Below, piece after piece: positions 23,169 to 32,513 of a DNA stretch of 64,000 bases; position 1 is the stretch's first letter; the number at the start of each line of letters is the position of its first letter. The stretch is from Escherichia coli (GTDB lineage Bacteria; Pseudomonadota; Gammaproteobacteria; Enterobacterales; Enterobacteriaceae). Below the pieces are notes generated by a model. That model was not told the origin of the DNA and searched no databases. It saw nothing but the letters and a program-made list of their open reading frames with translations. Position numbers and translations under genes: made by a program. Where the stretch lies: assembly GCF_048403405.1 (NCBI RefSeq), contig NZ_CP183129.1; one strand, given 5' to 3'.

Positions 23169-23882
23169 ATGGGCGCTTTTACAGGTAAGACAGTTCTCAT
23201 CCTCGGTGGTAGCCGTGGAATCGGTGCCGCTATCGTACGTCGTTTCGTCACCGATGGGGCCAATGTACGATTCACCTATGCGGGGTCGAAAGATGCCGCT
23301 GAACGCCTGGCACAAGAGACTGGAGCGACAGCAGTATTCACAGATAGTGCTGACAGAGACGCTGTTATTGATGTCGTTCGTAAGAGCGGCGCATTGGATA
23401 TCCTGGTGGTAAATGCAGGTATTGGCGTCTTTGGCGATGCCCTGGAATTAAATGCCGACGATATTGATCGCCTTTTCAAAATCAATATTCATGCTCCTTA
23501 TCATGCCTCTGTTGAAGCCGCCCGGCAGATGCCCGAAGGCGGGCGCATCTTAATCATCGGCTCCGTGAATGGCGATCGTATGCCTGTTGCAGGCATGGCT
23601 GCTTATGCCGCCAGTAAATCTGCCCTGCAAGGCATGGCGCGCGGGCTGGCCCGTGATTTTGGACCGCGAGGGATCACCATTAACGTCGTCCAGCCTGGGC
23701 CAATAGATACCGACGCTAATCCCGCCAACGGGCCAATGCGCGATATGTTGCATGGTTTTATGGCTATCAAAAGACATGGGCAACCGGAAGAGGTCGCTGG
23801 AATGGTCGCATGGTTAGCAGGGCCAGAAGCCAGTTTTGTAACCGGCGCGATGCATACCATTGATGGCGCGTTTGGCGCATAA
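23169..23882 (+). CDS. bdcA: Short-chain dehydrogenase/reductase (c-di-GMP-binding biofilm dispersal mediator)
   Basis: ORF 23091-23882; start chosen at MGAFTGKTV after an AAGGAG-like RBS (237 aa); GGSRGIG Rossmann motif and YAASK. Confidence 0.85.
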   Translation: MGAFTGKTVLILGGSRGIGAAIVRRFVTDGANVRFTYAGSKDAAERLAQETGATAVFTDSADRDAVIDVVRKSGALDILVVNAGIGVFGDALELNADDIDRLFKINIHAPYHASVEAARQMPEGGRILIIGSVNGDRMPVAGMAAYAASKSALQGMARGLARDFGPRGITINVVQPGPIDTDANPANGPMRDMLHGFMAIKRHGQPEEVAGMVAWLAGPEASFVTGAMHTIDGAFGA

Positions 23883-24013
23883 GCGACTACGCTCAATTAA
23901 GCCCAGCCATTATCCATGATGTCTGGGTTTTGTTTACTCACGTCGTCCCCCTAAAAGCGGCTCCCGGTAAATATAAATCTTCTGTTCATGTCGTAAATCT
24001 TGAGGATAACCAA

Positions 24014-24409
24014 ATGGTAGAAAGAACTCCTGTTTTCCCTGCTGGCCGACATTCACTGTATGCTGAGCATCGTTATTCTGCGGCTATTCGTTCCGGCGAT
24101 TTGCTGTTTGTTTCCGGGCAAGTAGGAAGTCGAGAGGACGGAACACCAGAACCCGATTTTCAGCAACAAGTCAGACTGGCATTTGATAATTTGCATGCGA
24201 CCCTGGCTGCCGCGGGATGCACTTTTGACGATATCATTGATGTTACGAGCTTTCATACCGATCCAGAAAAACAATTTGAAGACATCATGACGGTGAAAAA
24301 TGAAATATTTAGCGCCCCACCTTATCCAACCTGGACGGCGGTGGGCGTTACATGGCTGGCAGGCTTTGATTTTGAAATTAAAGTGATAGCGCGCATCCCT
24401 GAGCTATAA
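24014..24409 (+). CDS. yjgH: RidA/YjgF-family protein
   Basis: ORF 23930-24409; start chosen at MVERTPV (131 aa), assigned by position and by being a second YjgF/RidA-sized ORF in the cluster. Confidence 0.75.
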   Translation: MVERTPVFPAGRHSLYAEHRYSAAIRSGDLLFVSGQVGSREDGTPEPDFQQQVRLAFDNLHATLAAAGCTFDDIIDVTSFHTDPEKQFEDIMTVKNEIFSAPPYPTWTAVGVTWLAGFDFEIKVIARIPEL

Positions 24410-24689
24410 GCAATAGTGTTAGCCGTTCGTTTTCACCCTCCGCCCTATAAGTCGGATGAATGGAATAAAATGCATTTCTGATTGCGTGAAAATGAAAAAG
24501 AAAAAAGCAGGAAATGTCTGCAATTATTGATACCGAACGACACTTCCCCTCCAGAATCATAGAAAATAAAAATGCATATAGTTTGACTTTTAATTCAAAT
24601 AAACCGTTTGCGCCGACAAAATATTGCATCAAATGCTTGCGCTGCTTCTGACGATGAGTATAATGCCGGACAATTTGCCGGGAGGATGT

Positions 24690-24824
24690 ATGGTTCAGTG
24701 TGTTCGACATTTTGTCTTACCGCGTCTGAAAAAAGACGCTGGCCTGCCGTTTTTCTTCCCGTTGATCACCCATTCCCAGCCCCTCAATCGAGGGGCTTTT
24801 TTTTGCCCAGGCGTCAGGAGATAA
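24690..24824 (+). CDS. pyrL: pyrBI operon leader peptide
   Basis: 44-aa ORF MVQCVRHFVLPRLKKDAGLPFFFPLITHSQPLNRGAFFCPGVRR ending 3 nt before pyrB and spanning the attenuator. Confidence 0.85.
   Translation: MVQCVRHFVLPRLKKDAGLPFFFPLITHSQPLNRGAFFCPGVRR
24776..24804 (+). terminator. pyrBI attenuator (intrinsic terminator in the leader)
   Basis: AGCCCCTC-AATC-GAGGGGCT hairpin followed by an 8-T run, inside pyrL. Confidence 0.85.
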
Positions 24825-24827
24825 AAG

Positions 24828-25763
24828 ATGGCTAATCCGCTATATCAGAAACATATCATTTCCATAAACGACCTTAGTCGCGATGACCTTAATCTGGTGC
24901 TGGCGACAGCGGCGAAACTGAAAGCAAACCCGCAACCAGAGCTGTTGAAGCACAAAGTCATTGCCAGCTGTTTCTTCGAAGCCTCTACCCGTACCCGCCT
25001 CTCTTTCGAAACTTCCATGCACCGCCTGGGTGCCAGCGTGGTGGGCTTCTCCGACAGCGCCAATACATCACTGGGTAAAAAAGGCGAAACGCTGGCCGAT
25101 ACCATTTCGGTTATCAGCACTTACGTCGATGCGATAGTGATGCGTCATCCGCAGGAAGGGGCGGCGCGCCTGGCCACCGAATTTTCTGGCAATGTACCGG
25201 TACTGAATGCCGGTGATGGCTCCAACCAACATCCGACGCAAACCTTGCTGGACTTATTCACCATTCAGGAAACCCAGGGGCGTCTGGACAATCTCCACGT
25301 CGCAATGGTTGGTGACCTGAAATATGGCCGCACCGTTCACTCCCTGACTCAGGCGTTAGCGAAGTTCGACGGCAACCGTTTTTACTTCATCGCGCCGGAC
25401 GCGCTGGCAATGCCGCAATACATCCTTGATATGCTCGATGAAAAAGGGATCGCCTGGAGTCTGCACAGCTCTATTGAAGAAGTGATGGCGGAAGTAGACA
25501 TCCTGTACATGACCCGCGTGCAAAAAGAGCGTCTGGACCCGTCCGAGTACGCCAACGTGAAAGCGCAGTTTGTTCTTCGCGCCAGCGATCTTCACAACGC
25601 CAAAGCCAATATGAAAGTGCTGCATCCGCTGCCGCGTGTTGATGAGATTGCGACGGATGTTGATAAAACGCCACACGCCTGGTACTTCCAGCAGGCAGGC
25701 AACGGGATTTTCGCTCGCCAGGCGTTACTGGCACTGGTTCTGAATCGCGATCTGGTACTGTAA
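24828..25763 (+). CDS. pyrB: Aspartate carbamoyltransferase catalytic subunit
   Basis: 311-aa [12 protein letters not shown] and HPLPRV motifs. Confidence 0.97.
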
Positions 25764-25775
25764 GGGGGAATAGAG

Positions 25776-26237
25776 ATGACACACGATAATAAATTGCAGG
25801 TTGAAGCTATTAAACGCGGCACGGTAATTGACCATATCCCCGCCCAGATCGGTTTTAAGCTGTTGAGTTTGTTCAAGCTGACCGAAACGGATCAGCGCAT
25901 CACCATTGGTCTGAACCTGCCTTCTGGCGAGATGGGCCGCAAAGATCTGATCAAAATCGAAAATACCTTTTTGAGTGAAGATCAAGTAGACCAACTGGCA
26001 TTGTATGCACCGCAAGCCACGGTTAACCGTATCGACAACTATGAAGTGGTTGGCAAATCGCGCCCCAGTCTGCCGGAGCGCATCGACAATGTGCTGGTCT
26101 GCCCGAACAGCAACTGTATCAGCCATGCCGAACCGGTTTCTTCCAGCTTTGCCGTGCGAAAACGCGCCAATGACATCGCGCTCAAATGCAAATACTGTGA
26201 AAAAGAGTTTTCCCATAATGTGGTGCTGGCCAATTAA
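25776..26237 (+). CDS. pyrI: Aspartate carbamoyltransferase regulatory subunit
   Basis: 153-aa ORF; C-terminal zinc-binding cysteines CPNSNCISH and CKYCEK. Confidence 0.95.
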
Positions 26238-26251
26238 TTGCGGTTGGTAAT

Positions 26252-26286
26252 AAAAGTCTGGCTCCCTATAATGAGCCAGACTTTTT
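26252..26286 (+). terminator. Intrinsic terminator after pyrI
   Basis: AGTCTGGCTC-loop-GAGCCAGACT hairpin followed by TTTTT. Confidence 0.75.
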
Positions 26287-26309
26287 ACCGCTGTAATAAA
26301 GGAGAAATC

Positions 26310-26696
26310 ATGAGCAAAACTATCGCGACGGAAAATGCACCGGCAGCTATCGGTCCTTACGTACAGGGCGTTGATCTGGGCAATATGATCATCACCTCCG
26401 GTCAGATCCCGGTAAATCCGAAAACGGGCGAAGTACCGGCAGACGTCGCTGCACAGGCTCGTCAGTCGCTGGATAACGTAAAAGCGATCGTCGAAGCCGC
26501 AGGCCTGAAAGTGGGCGACATCGTTAAAACCACCGTGTTTGTGAAAGATCTGAACGACTTCGCAACCGTTAATGCTACCTACGAAGCCTTCTTCACCGAA
26601 CACAACGCCACCTTCCCGGCACGTTCTTGCGTTGAAGTTGCCCGTCTGCCGAAAGACGTGAAGATTGAGATCGAAGCGATCGCTGTTCGTCGCTAA
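26310..26696 (+). CDS. ridA: Enamine/imine deaminase (YjgF/RidA)
   Basis: ORF 26238-26696; start chosen at MSKTIATENAPAAIGPYVQG (128 aa). Confidence 0.9.
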   Translation: MSKTIATENAPAAIGPYVQGVDLGNMIITSGQIPVNPKTGEVPADVAAQARQSLDNVKAIVEAAGLKVGDIVKTTVFVKDLNDFATVNATYEAFFTEHNATFPARSCVEVARLPKDVKIEIEAIAVRR

Positions 26697-26699
26697 TCT

Positions 26700-26880
26700 T
26701 GATGGAAATCCGGGCTATCATGCCCGGATTAAGTCTGATGACAAACGCAAAATCGCCTGATGCGCTACGCTTATCAGGCCTACGTGATTCCTGCAATTTA
26801 TTGAATTTGTAGGCCGGATTGGGCGTTTACGCCGCATCCGGCATGAACAAAGCTCACTTTGTCTGCAATCTGAATCCGGG
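26700..26880. repeat. REP/BIME cluster between ridA and mgtA
   Basis: Several inverted REP units, e.g. GCCTGATGCGCTACGCTTATCAGGCCTAC and GTAGGCCGGATTGGGCGTTTACGCCGCATCCGGCA. Confidence 0.85.
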
Positions 26881-26901
26881 CCACCATGCCCAGTTTATTC
26901 T

Positions 26902-29598
26902 TTACTGCCAGCCGTAACGACGGCTATAGAACCCTTTCACCAACTGGGTTAACGTCATATACCCTGCCAGAATCGCAACCAGCCACGGGAAATAGCTTAA
27001 CGGCAGCGCCTGCAGCTGCAGATAACTGGCCAGCGGTGAAAACGGCAATGCGATCCCGACAATCATCACGATCACGGTCATGATCATTAACGGCCACGAT
27101 GCACAGCTCTGAATAAACGGTACACGACGGGTGCGGATCATATGCACAATCAGCGTTTGCGACAGTAAGCCCACCACAAACCAGCCCGACTGGAACAGCG
27201 TTTGCGTTTCCGGCGTGTTGGCATGGAATACCCACCACATCAGGCAAAACGTCAGAATATCGAAGATCGAGCTGATCGGTCCGAAGAAGATCATAAAGCG
27301 CCCCAGATCCGCCGGATTCCAACGCTGCGGCTTTTGAATTTGCTCGTCGTCGACGTTATCAAACGGGATCGCCACCTGTGACACATCGTACAGCAGGTTC
27401 TGAATAAGCAAGTGTAACGGCAACATCGGCAGGAAGGGCAAGAAAGCACTCGCCACCAGCACGCTGAACACATTACCGAAGTTAGAACTCGCCGTCATTT
27501 TGATGTATTTCAGCATGTTGGCGAAAGTGCGACGTCCCTCAATAACCCCCTCTTCCAGCACCATCAGGCTTTTTTCCAGCAGGATGATATCAGCCGCTTC
27601 ACGGGCAATATCTACCGCGCCGTCCACAGAAATGCCGATATCCGCAGCACGTAAGGCGGGCGCATCATTAATACCATCGCCCATAAAGCCAACCACATGC
27701 CCTTCGCGCTTCAGTAAGGTCACAATGCGTTCTTTATGCATCGGCGTCAGGCGAGCAAACAGCGTGGTGCGCTGTGCGAGATTTGCCAGTTCATCGTCAG
27801 ATAGCGTTTCAATATCACTACCAATGACCACCTCTCCCGCGTCCAGCCCCACTTCATGGCACACTTTCGCTGCAACTAACTCACTGTCGCCAGTAAGGAT
27901 TTTTACGGTAATGCCACTCGCTTTTAATGCCTTCAGTGCCGGAGCAGTTGTCTCTTTTGGCGGATCAAGGAAAGCAATATATCCTTCGAGGATCAGGTCG
28001 GATTCATCCGCTCGCTGGTAATCGCCTTCACGCGCTGGCAGGTATTTCGTCGCCACCGCAACCACGCGCAGCCCCTGACGATTCAGCGTATCAGTAACCC
28101 GCTTAATCTTACGCAGCATGGTGTCATCGAGCGGCACAATCTCGCCATTGTGACGCACCTGCGAACACACATTGAGGATTTCCTGCAATGCGCCTTTGCA
28201 AACCAGCTGATGGTGCTCGGTATTTTCTGCCACTACCACCGACATCCGGCGACGCTCGAAATCAAACGGAATCTCATCAATTTTTTGCCAACGGCTGGCC
28301 AGCGAGCGCGCTGACTCTTCATCCGTACCTTCGAGCACCGCGGTATCAAGCAGGTTTTTAAGTCCGGTCTGGTAATGACTGTTCAACCACGCGCTATGCA
28401 GCACGCGTTCGCTGGTTTTACCGGAGATATCGGTATGATTCTCCAGCACAATTTTGTCCTGCGTCAGGGTGCCGGTTTTATCAGTGCACAGAATATCCAT
28501 TGCGCCAAAGTTCTGAATGGCATCCAGATGCTTGACGATCACTTTCTGTTTCGACAGCTTTACTGCGCCGCGCGCCAGCGTCGAGGTAACAATCATCGGC
28601 AACATTTCTGGCGTTAAGCCTACCGCGACCGAAAGCGCAAACAGTGCCGCTTCCCACCAGTCACCTTTGGTGTAACCGTTGATAAGCAACACCACCGGAG
28701 CCATCACCAGCATAAAGCGAATCAGCAGCATACTGACGCGGCTGATCCCTTGCTGAAAGGCATTCGGCTCGCTTTCCTGCTCACTAACACGCCCCGCCAG
28801 TTGACCAAACCAAGTGTTGGCTCCTGTAGCAATCACCATTGCTTGTGCCGTGCCGCTCACCACGGTGGTGCCCATAAAACACAGGGTGTCGCACTCCAGC
28901 GGATTGCTGTGCTCCGGCTGGCGAGTAGTAGCGGCTTTTTCCACGGGCAGAGACTCACCGGTTAACGACGCCTGAGCGACGAACAGATCCCGCGCCTGCA
29001 AGATACGTAAATCTGCCGGGATCATATCCCCTGCCGCCAGTTTTATAATATCGCCGGGCACCAGCTGGTCGATCGGGATCTCCAGCCAGCCATTTTCGCC
29101 TTTGTCGTTAATTACGCGCAGCACCGTCGCAGTATTGCTGACCATCGCTTTCAGGGCATCTGCCGCTTTAGTGGAACGTGCTTCCTGAATAAAGTTCAGC
29201 AACGTAGAAATAGCGACCATTAGCGCGATAACGCCCGCGGCAAATAAATCTTCCGTGGCGTAAGAAATAGCGCCGAGAATGGTGAGTAAAATATTAAAGG
29301 GGTTGCGATAGCAGACCCATAAATGTACCCACCACGGCGACGGTTGTTGTGCGGGTAATTTATTTTCACCATGTTGTTCGCGGGCAGATTCCACTTCCGC
29401 CTGATTTAATCCCTCCGGATGGGTGTCGAACGTTTTCCACAATTCTTCTTCGGGCATCACCGCCATTTTCAGGCAATGCGCACTTAAGGACGGCGGGACC
29501 GCCGTATTCACTGTCTGCTGCGCGCCAGGCAATGGATCGCGATGAACCAGACGGGAAGGTAAATGGCGAATGAACCGGGTAAAAATTTCTTTAAACAT
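26902..29598 (-). CDS. mgtA: Mg2+-importing P-type ATPase
   Basis: 898-aa ORF; phosphorylation motif CTDKTGTLT and hinge motif GDGINDAPAL. Confidence 0.97.
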   Translation of the reverse strand: MFKEIFTRFIRHLPSRLVHRDPLPGAQQTVNTAVPPSLSAHCLKMAVMPEEELWKTFDTHPEGLNQAEVESAREQHGENKLPAQQPSPWWVHLWVCYRNPFNILLTILGAISYATEDLFAAGVIALMVAISTLLNFIQEARSTKAADALKAMVSNTATVLRVINDKGENGWLEIPIDQLVPGDIIKLAAGDMIPADLRILQARDLFVAQASLTGESLPVEKAATTRQPEHSNPLECDTLCFMGTTVVSGTAQAMVIATGANTWFGQLAGRVSEQESEPNAFQQGISRVSMLLIRFMLVMAPVVLLINGYTKGDWWEAALFALSVAVGLTPEMLPMIVTSTLARGAVKLSKQKVIVKHLDAIQNFGAMDILCTDKTGTLTQDKIVLENHTDISGKTSERVLHSAWLNSHYQTGLKNLLDTAVLEGTDEESARSLASRWQKIDEIPFDFERRRMSVVVAENTEHHQLVCKGALQEILNVCSQVRHNGEIVPLDDTMLRKIKRVTDTLNRQGLRVVAVATKYLPAREGDYQRADESDLILEGYIAFLDPPKETTAPALKALKASGITVKILTGDSELVAAKVCHEVGLDAGEVVIGSDIETLSDDELANLAQRTTLFARLTPMHKERIVTLLKREGHVVGFMGDGINDAPALRAADIGISVDGAVDIAREAADIILLEKSLMVLEEGVIEGRRTFANMLKYIKMTASSNFGNVFSVLVASAFLPFLPMLPLHLLIQNLLYDVSQVAIPFDNVDDEQIQKPQRWNPADLGRFMIFFGPISSIFDILTFCLMWWVFHANTPETQTLFQSGWFVVGLLSQTLIVHMIRTRRVPFIQSCASWPLMIMTVIVMIVGIALPFSPLASYLQLQALPLSYFPWLVAILAGYMTLTQLVKGFYSRRYGWQ

Positions 29599-29738
29599 AA
29601 GGAGTCCCTCCGCACTGTCTGAAACAGTACAGAAATGTCTTCAGGCGTGGCGAAGCCTTACCTGAAGGTAATAAAGCTGAGCTGGGACGTTAAAACGTCA
29701 CGGCCTTACGCATCCGGTAACGCCGTGAAAAGACGGGC

Positions 29739-29792
29739 TTACCGGAAAAGTTTTAATCTCCGTCGAGGGAGAGGCGTGGGATCAGGTTCCAT
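29739..29792 (-). CDS. mgtL: mgtA leader peptide (proline-rich)
   Basis: 17-codon [20 protein letters not shown] in the leader upstream of mgtA. Confidence 0.8.
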
Positions 29793-29976
29793 ATAACCTC
29801 CGGTAAGTGAAAAAAGCGCCGCAAATAATAAGGAGAATCCAATAATATTCGTAGCATCTATGGCGATATAATACCTGCTGGCAACTAAACCAACGATAAA
29901 CCAGACTTTACCCATTGCTGAATGCACGGGTAAAGTTAGGCTCAAATAATTAAACAACACGTTACGGGACAACAGG

Positions 29977-30924
29977 ATGCAAAATCGGCTGACCATCAAA
30001 GACATCGCGCGCTTAAGCGGCGTGGGGAAATCTACGGTTTCCCGGGTGCTGAATAACGAAAGCGGCGTGAGCCAGCGCACGCGCGAGCGTGTTGAAGCAG
30101 TGATGAATCAGCATGGATTTTCCCCTTCCCGCTCTGCGCGCGCTATGCGTGGTCAAAGCGATAAAGTGGTCGCCATCATTGTTACCCGTCTGGATTCGTT
30201 GTCAGAAAATCTCGCCGTTCAAACCATGCTGCCAGCGTTCTATGAACAAGGTTACGACCCAATCATGATGGAAAGTCAGTTTTCCCCGCAATTAGTTGCC
30301 GAACATTTGGGGGTGCTGAAACGGCGTAATATCGACGGCGTAGTGCTGTTCGGTTTTACCGGCATAACAGAAGAAATGTTAGCCCACTGGCAGTCATCGC
30401 TGGTTCTGCTGGCGCGTGACGCAAAAGGCTTTGCTTCGGTCTGTTATGACGACGAAGGGGCAATCAAGATCCTGATGCAACGGCTGTATGACCAGGGACA
30501 TCGTAATATCAGTTATCTCGGCGTGCCGCATAGTGACGTGACGACCGGTAAGCGACGTCACGAAGCCTACCTGGCGTTCTGCAAAGCGCATAAATTGCAT
30601 CCCGTTGCCGCTCTGCCAGGGCTTGCTATGAAGCAAGGCTATGAAAACGTAGCAAAAGTGATTACGCCTGAAACTACCGCGTTACTGTGCGCAACCGACA
30701 CGCTGGCACTTGGCGCAAGTAAATACCTGCAAGAGCAACGCATCGACACCTTGCAACTGGCGAGCGTCGGTAATACACCGTTAATGAAATTCCTCCATCC
30801 GGAGATCGTCACCGTTGATCCCGGTTACGCCGAAGCTGGACGCCAGGCGGCCTGCCAGTTGATCGCGCAGGTAACCGGGCGCAGCGAACCGCAACAAATC
30901 ATCATCCCCGCCACCCTGTCCTGA
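29977..30924 (+). CDS. treR: Trehalose operon repressor (LacI family)
   Basis: 315-aa ORF; N-terminal HTH TIKDIARLSGVGKSTVSRVLNN. Confidence 0.9.
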   Translation: MQNRLTIKDIARLSGVGKSTVSRVLNNESGVSQRTRERVEAVMNQHGFSPSRSARAMRGQSDKVVAIIVTRLDSLSENLAVQTMLPAFYEQGYDPIMMESQFSPQLVAEHLGVLKRRNIDGVVLFGFTGITEEMLAHWQSSLVLLARDAKGFASVCYDDEGAIKILMQRLYDQGHRNISYLGVPHSDVTTGKRRHEAYLAFCKAHKLHPVAALPGLAMKQGYENVAKVITPETTALLCATDTLALGASKYLQEQRIDTLQLASVGNTPLMKFLHPEIVTVDPGYAEAGRQAACQLIAQVTGRSEPQQIIIPATLS

Positions 30925-30963
30925 TCGTTTCCTGAACGATAAATTGTGATCTTCGCTGCGTTT

Positions 30964-30977
30964 CGGGAACGTTCCCG
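30964..30977. promoter_or_regulatory. Candidate TreR operator in the treB promoter
   Basis: Perfect 14-bp palindrome CGGGAACGTTCCCG; a second inverted repeat ATCGTT-N5-AACGAT lies at 30924-30940. Confidence 0.5.
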
Positions 30978-31042
30978 TTTTTAAATTTTTCCGCGCAATA
31001 TATTCTGCAGCCAACCAAAAATGTCATCTGCCATGGGGCTTT

Positions 31043-32464
31043 ATGATGAGCAAAATAAACCAAACGGATATCGATCGGTTGATTGAACTGGTCGGCGGGC
31101 GCGGCAATATTGCGACAGTGAGCCACTGTATAACTCGCCTGCGCTTTGTCCTCAACCAACCGGCCAATGCCAGACCGAAAGAAATTGAGCAACTCCCCAT
31201 GGTGAAAGGCTGTTTCACCAATGCCGGGCAATTTCAGGTGGTAATTGGCACCAACGTGGGTGATTACTATCAAGCACTGATAGCGTCAACCGGACAGGCG
31301 CAGGTTGATAAAGAGCAGGTAAAAAAAGCCGCACGGCAGAATATGAAATGGCATGAGCAGTTGATCTCTCATTTCGCGGAGATCTTCTTCCCGTTGCTGC
31401 CCGCGTTGATTAGTGGTGGTTTGATCCTCGGTTTTCGCAATGTGATCGGCGATTTGCCCATGAGCAACGGTCAGACGCTGGCGCAAATGTACCCTTCCCT
31501 GCAAACGATCTACGATTTTCTGTGGTTGATCGGTGAAGCGATCTTCTTCTACCTACCGGTCGGGATTTGCTGGTCAGCGGTGAAAAAAATGGGCGGTACA
31601 CCGATCCTCGGTATCGTGCTTGGCGTAACGCTGGTTTCTCCACAGCTGATGAACGCTTATCTGCTCGGGCAGCAGCTGCCGGAAGTATGGGACTTTGGCA
31701 TGTTCAGCATCGCCAAAGTGGGCTATCAGGCGCAGGTGATCCCGGCACTGTTAGCCGGGCTGGCGCTGGGCGTTATTGAAACTCGTCTTAAGCGCATCGT
31801 GCCGGATTACCTCTATCTGGTGGTGGTGCCCGTCTGTTCGCTGATCCTCGCGGTGTTCCTCGCCCATGCGCTGATTGGTCCGTTTGGTCGCATGATTGGC
31901 AATGGCGTTGCCTTTGCGGTACGTCACCTGATGACCGGCAGCTTTGCTCCGATTGGCGCGGCATTGTTTGGCTTCCTGTACGCCCCGCTGGTGATCACCG
32001 GCGTACATCAGACCACGCTTGCTATTGATTTGCAGATGATTCAAAGCATGGGTGGTACGCCAGTGTGGCCGCTGATTGCGCTGTCGAATATCGCTCAGGG
32101 CTCCGCCGTGATAGGTATTATCATTTCCAGCCGCAAGCACAATGAACGCGAGATCTCCGTGCCTGCCGCTATCTCCGCCTGGCTTGGAGTCACTGAGCCT
32201 GCTATGTACGGCATCAACCTGAAATATCGCTTCCCGATGCTGTGCGCGATGATTGGTTCTGGTCTGGCAGGATTGCTATGCGGCCTGAACGGCGTTATGG
32301 CGAATGGCATCGGCGTAGGCGGCCTGCCGGGAATTCTCTCGATTCAACCGAGCTACTGGCAGGTGTTTGCGCTGGCAATGGCTATCGCCATCATCATCCC
32401 GATTGTACTCACCTCGTTTATCTATCAGCGGAAATACCGCCTGGGCACGCTGGACATTGTTTAA
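31043..32464 (+). CDS. treB: PTS trehalose-specific EIIBC component
   Basis: 473-aa ORF; N-terminal EIIB phospho-cysteine motif SHCITRLRF followed by the membrane EIIC domain. Confidence 0.95.
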   Translation: MMSKINQTDIDRLIELVGGRGNIATVSHCITRLRFVLNQPANARPKEIEQLPMVKGCFTNAGQFQVVIGTNVGDYYQALIASTGQAQVDKEQVKKAARQNMKWHEQLISHFAEIFFPLLPALISGGLILGFRNVIGDLPMSNGQTLAQMYPSLQTIYDFLWLIGEAIFFYLPVGICWSAVKKMGGTPILGIVLGVTLVSPQLMNAYLLGQQLPEVWDFGMFSIAKVGYQAQVIPALLAGLALGVIETRLKRIVPDYLYLVVVPVCSLILAVFLAHALIGPFGRMIGNGVAFAVRHLMTGSFAPIGAALFGFLYAPLVITGVHQTTLAIDLQMIQSMGGTPVWPLIALSNIAQGSAVIGIIISSRKHNEREISVPAAISAWLGVTEPAMYGINLKYRFPMLCAMIGSGLAGLLCGLNGVMANGIGVGGLPGILSIQPSYWQVFALAMAIAIIIPIVLTSFIYQRKYRLGTLDIV

Positions 32465-32513
32465 TTTTCTTCGGGGCGCAATTGCGCCCCCTCGCATTTG
32501 CAGGAATAACGTA

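Noticed and set aside
25725-26603. 292-aa minus-strand ORF spanning pyrI and ridA in antisense
   Set aside because: Overlaps two well-supported genes and their intergenic terminator; shadow ORF.
32367-32513. N-terminal extension making treC 600 aa
   Set aside because: The extension overlaps the treB 3' end in another frame; the downstream ATG at 32514 is preceded by an RBS-like GGAATAACG and gives the expected GH13 N-terminus.
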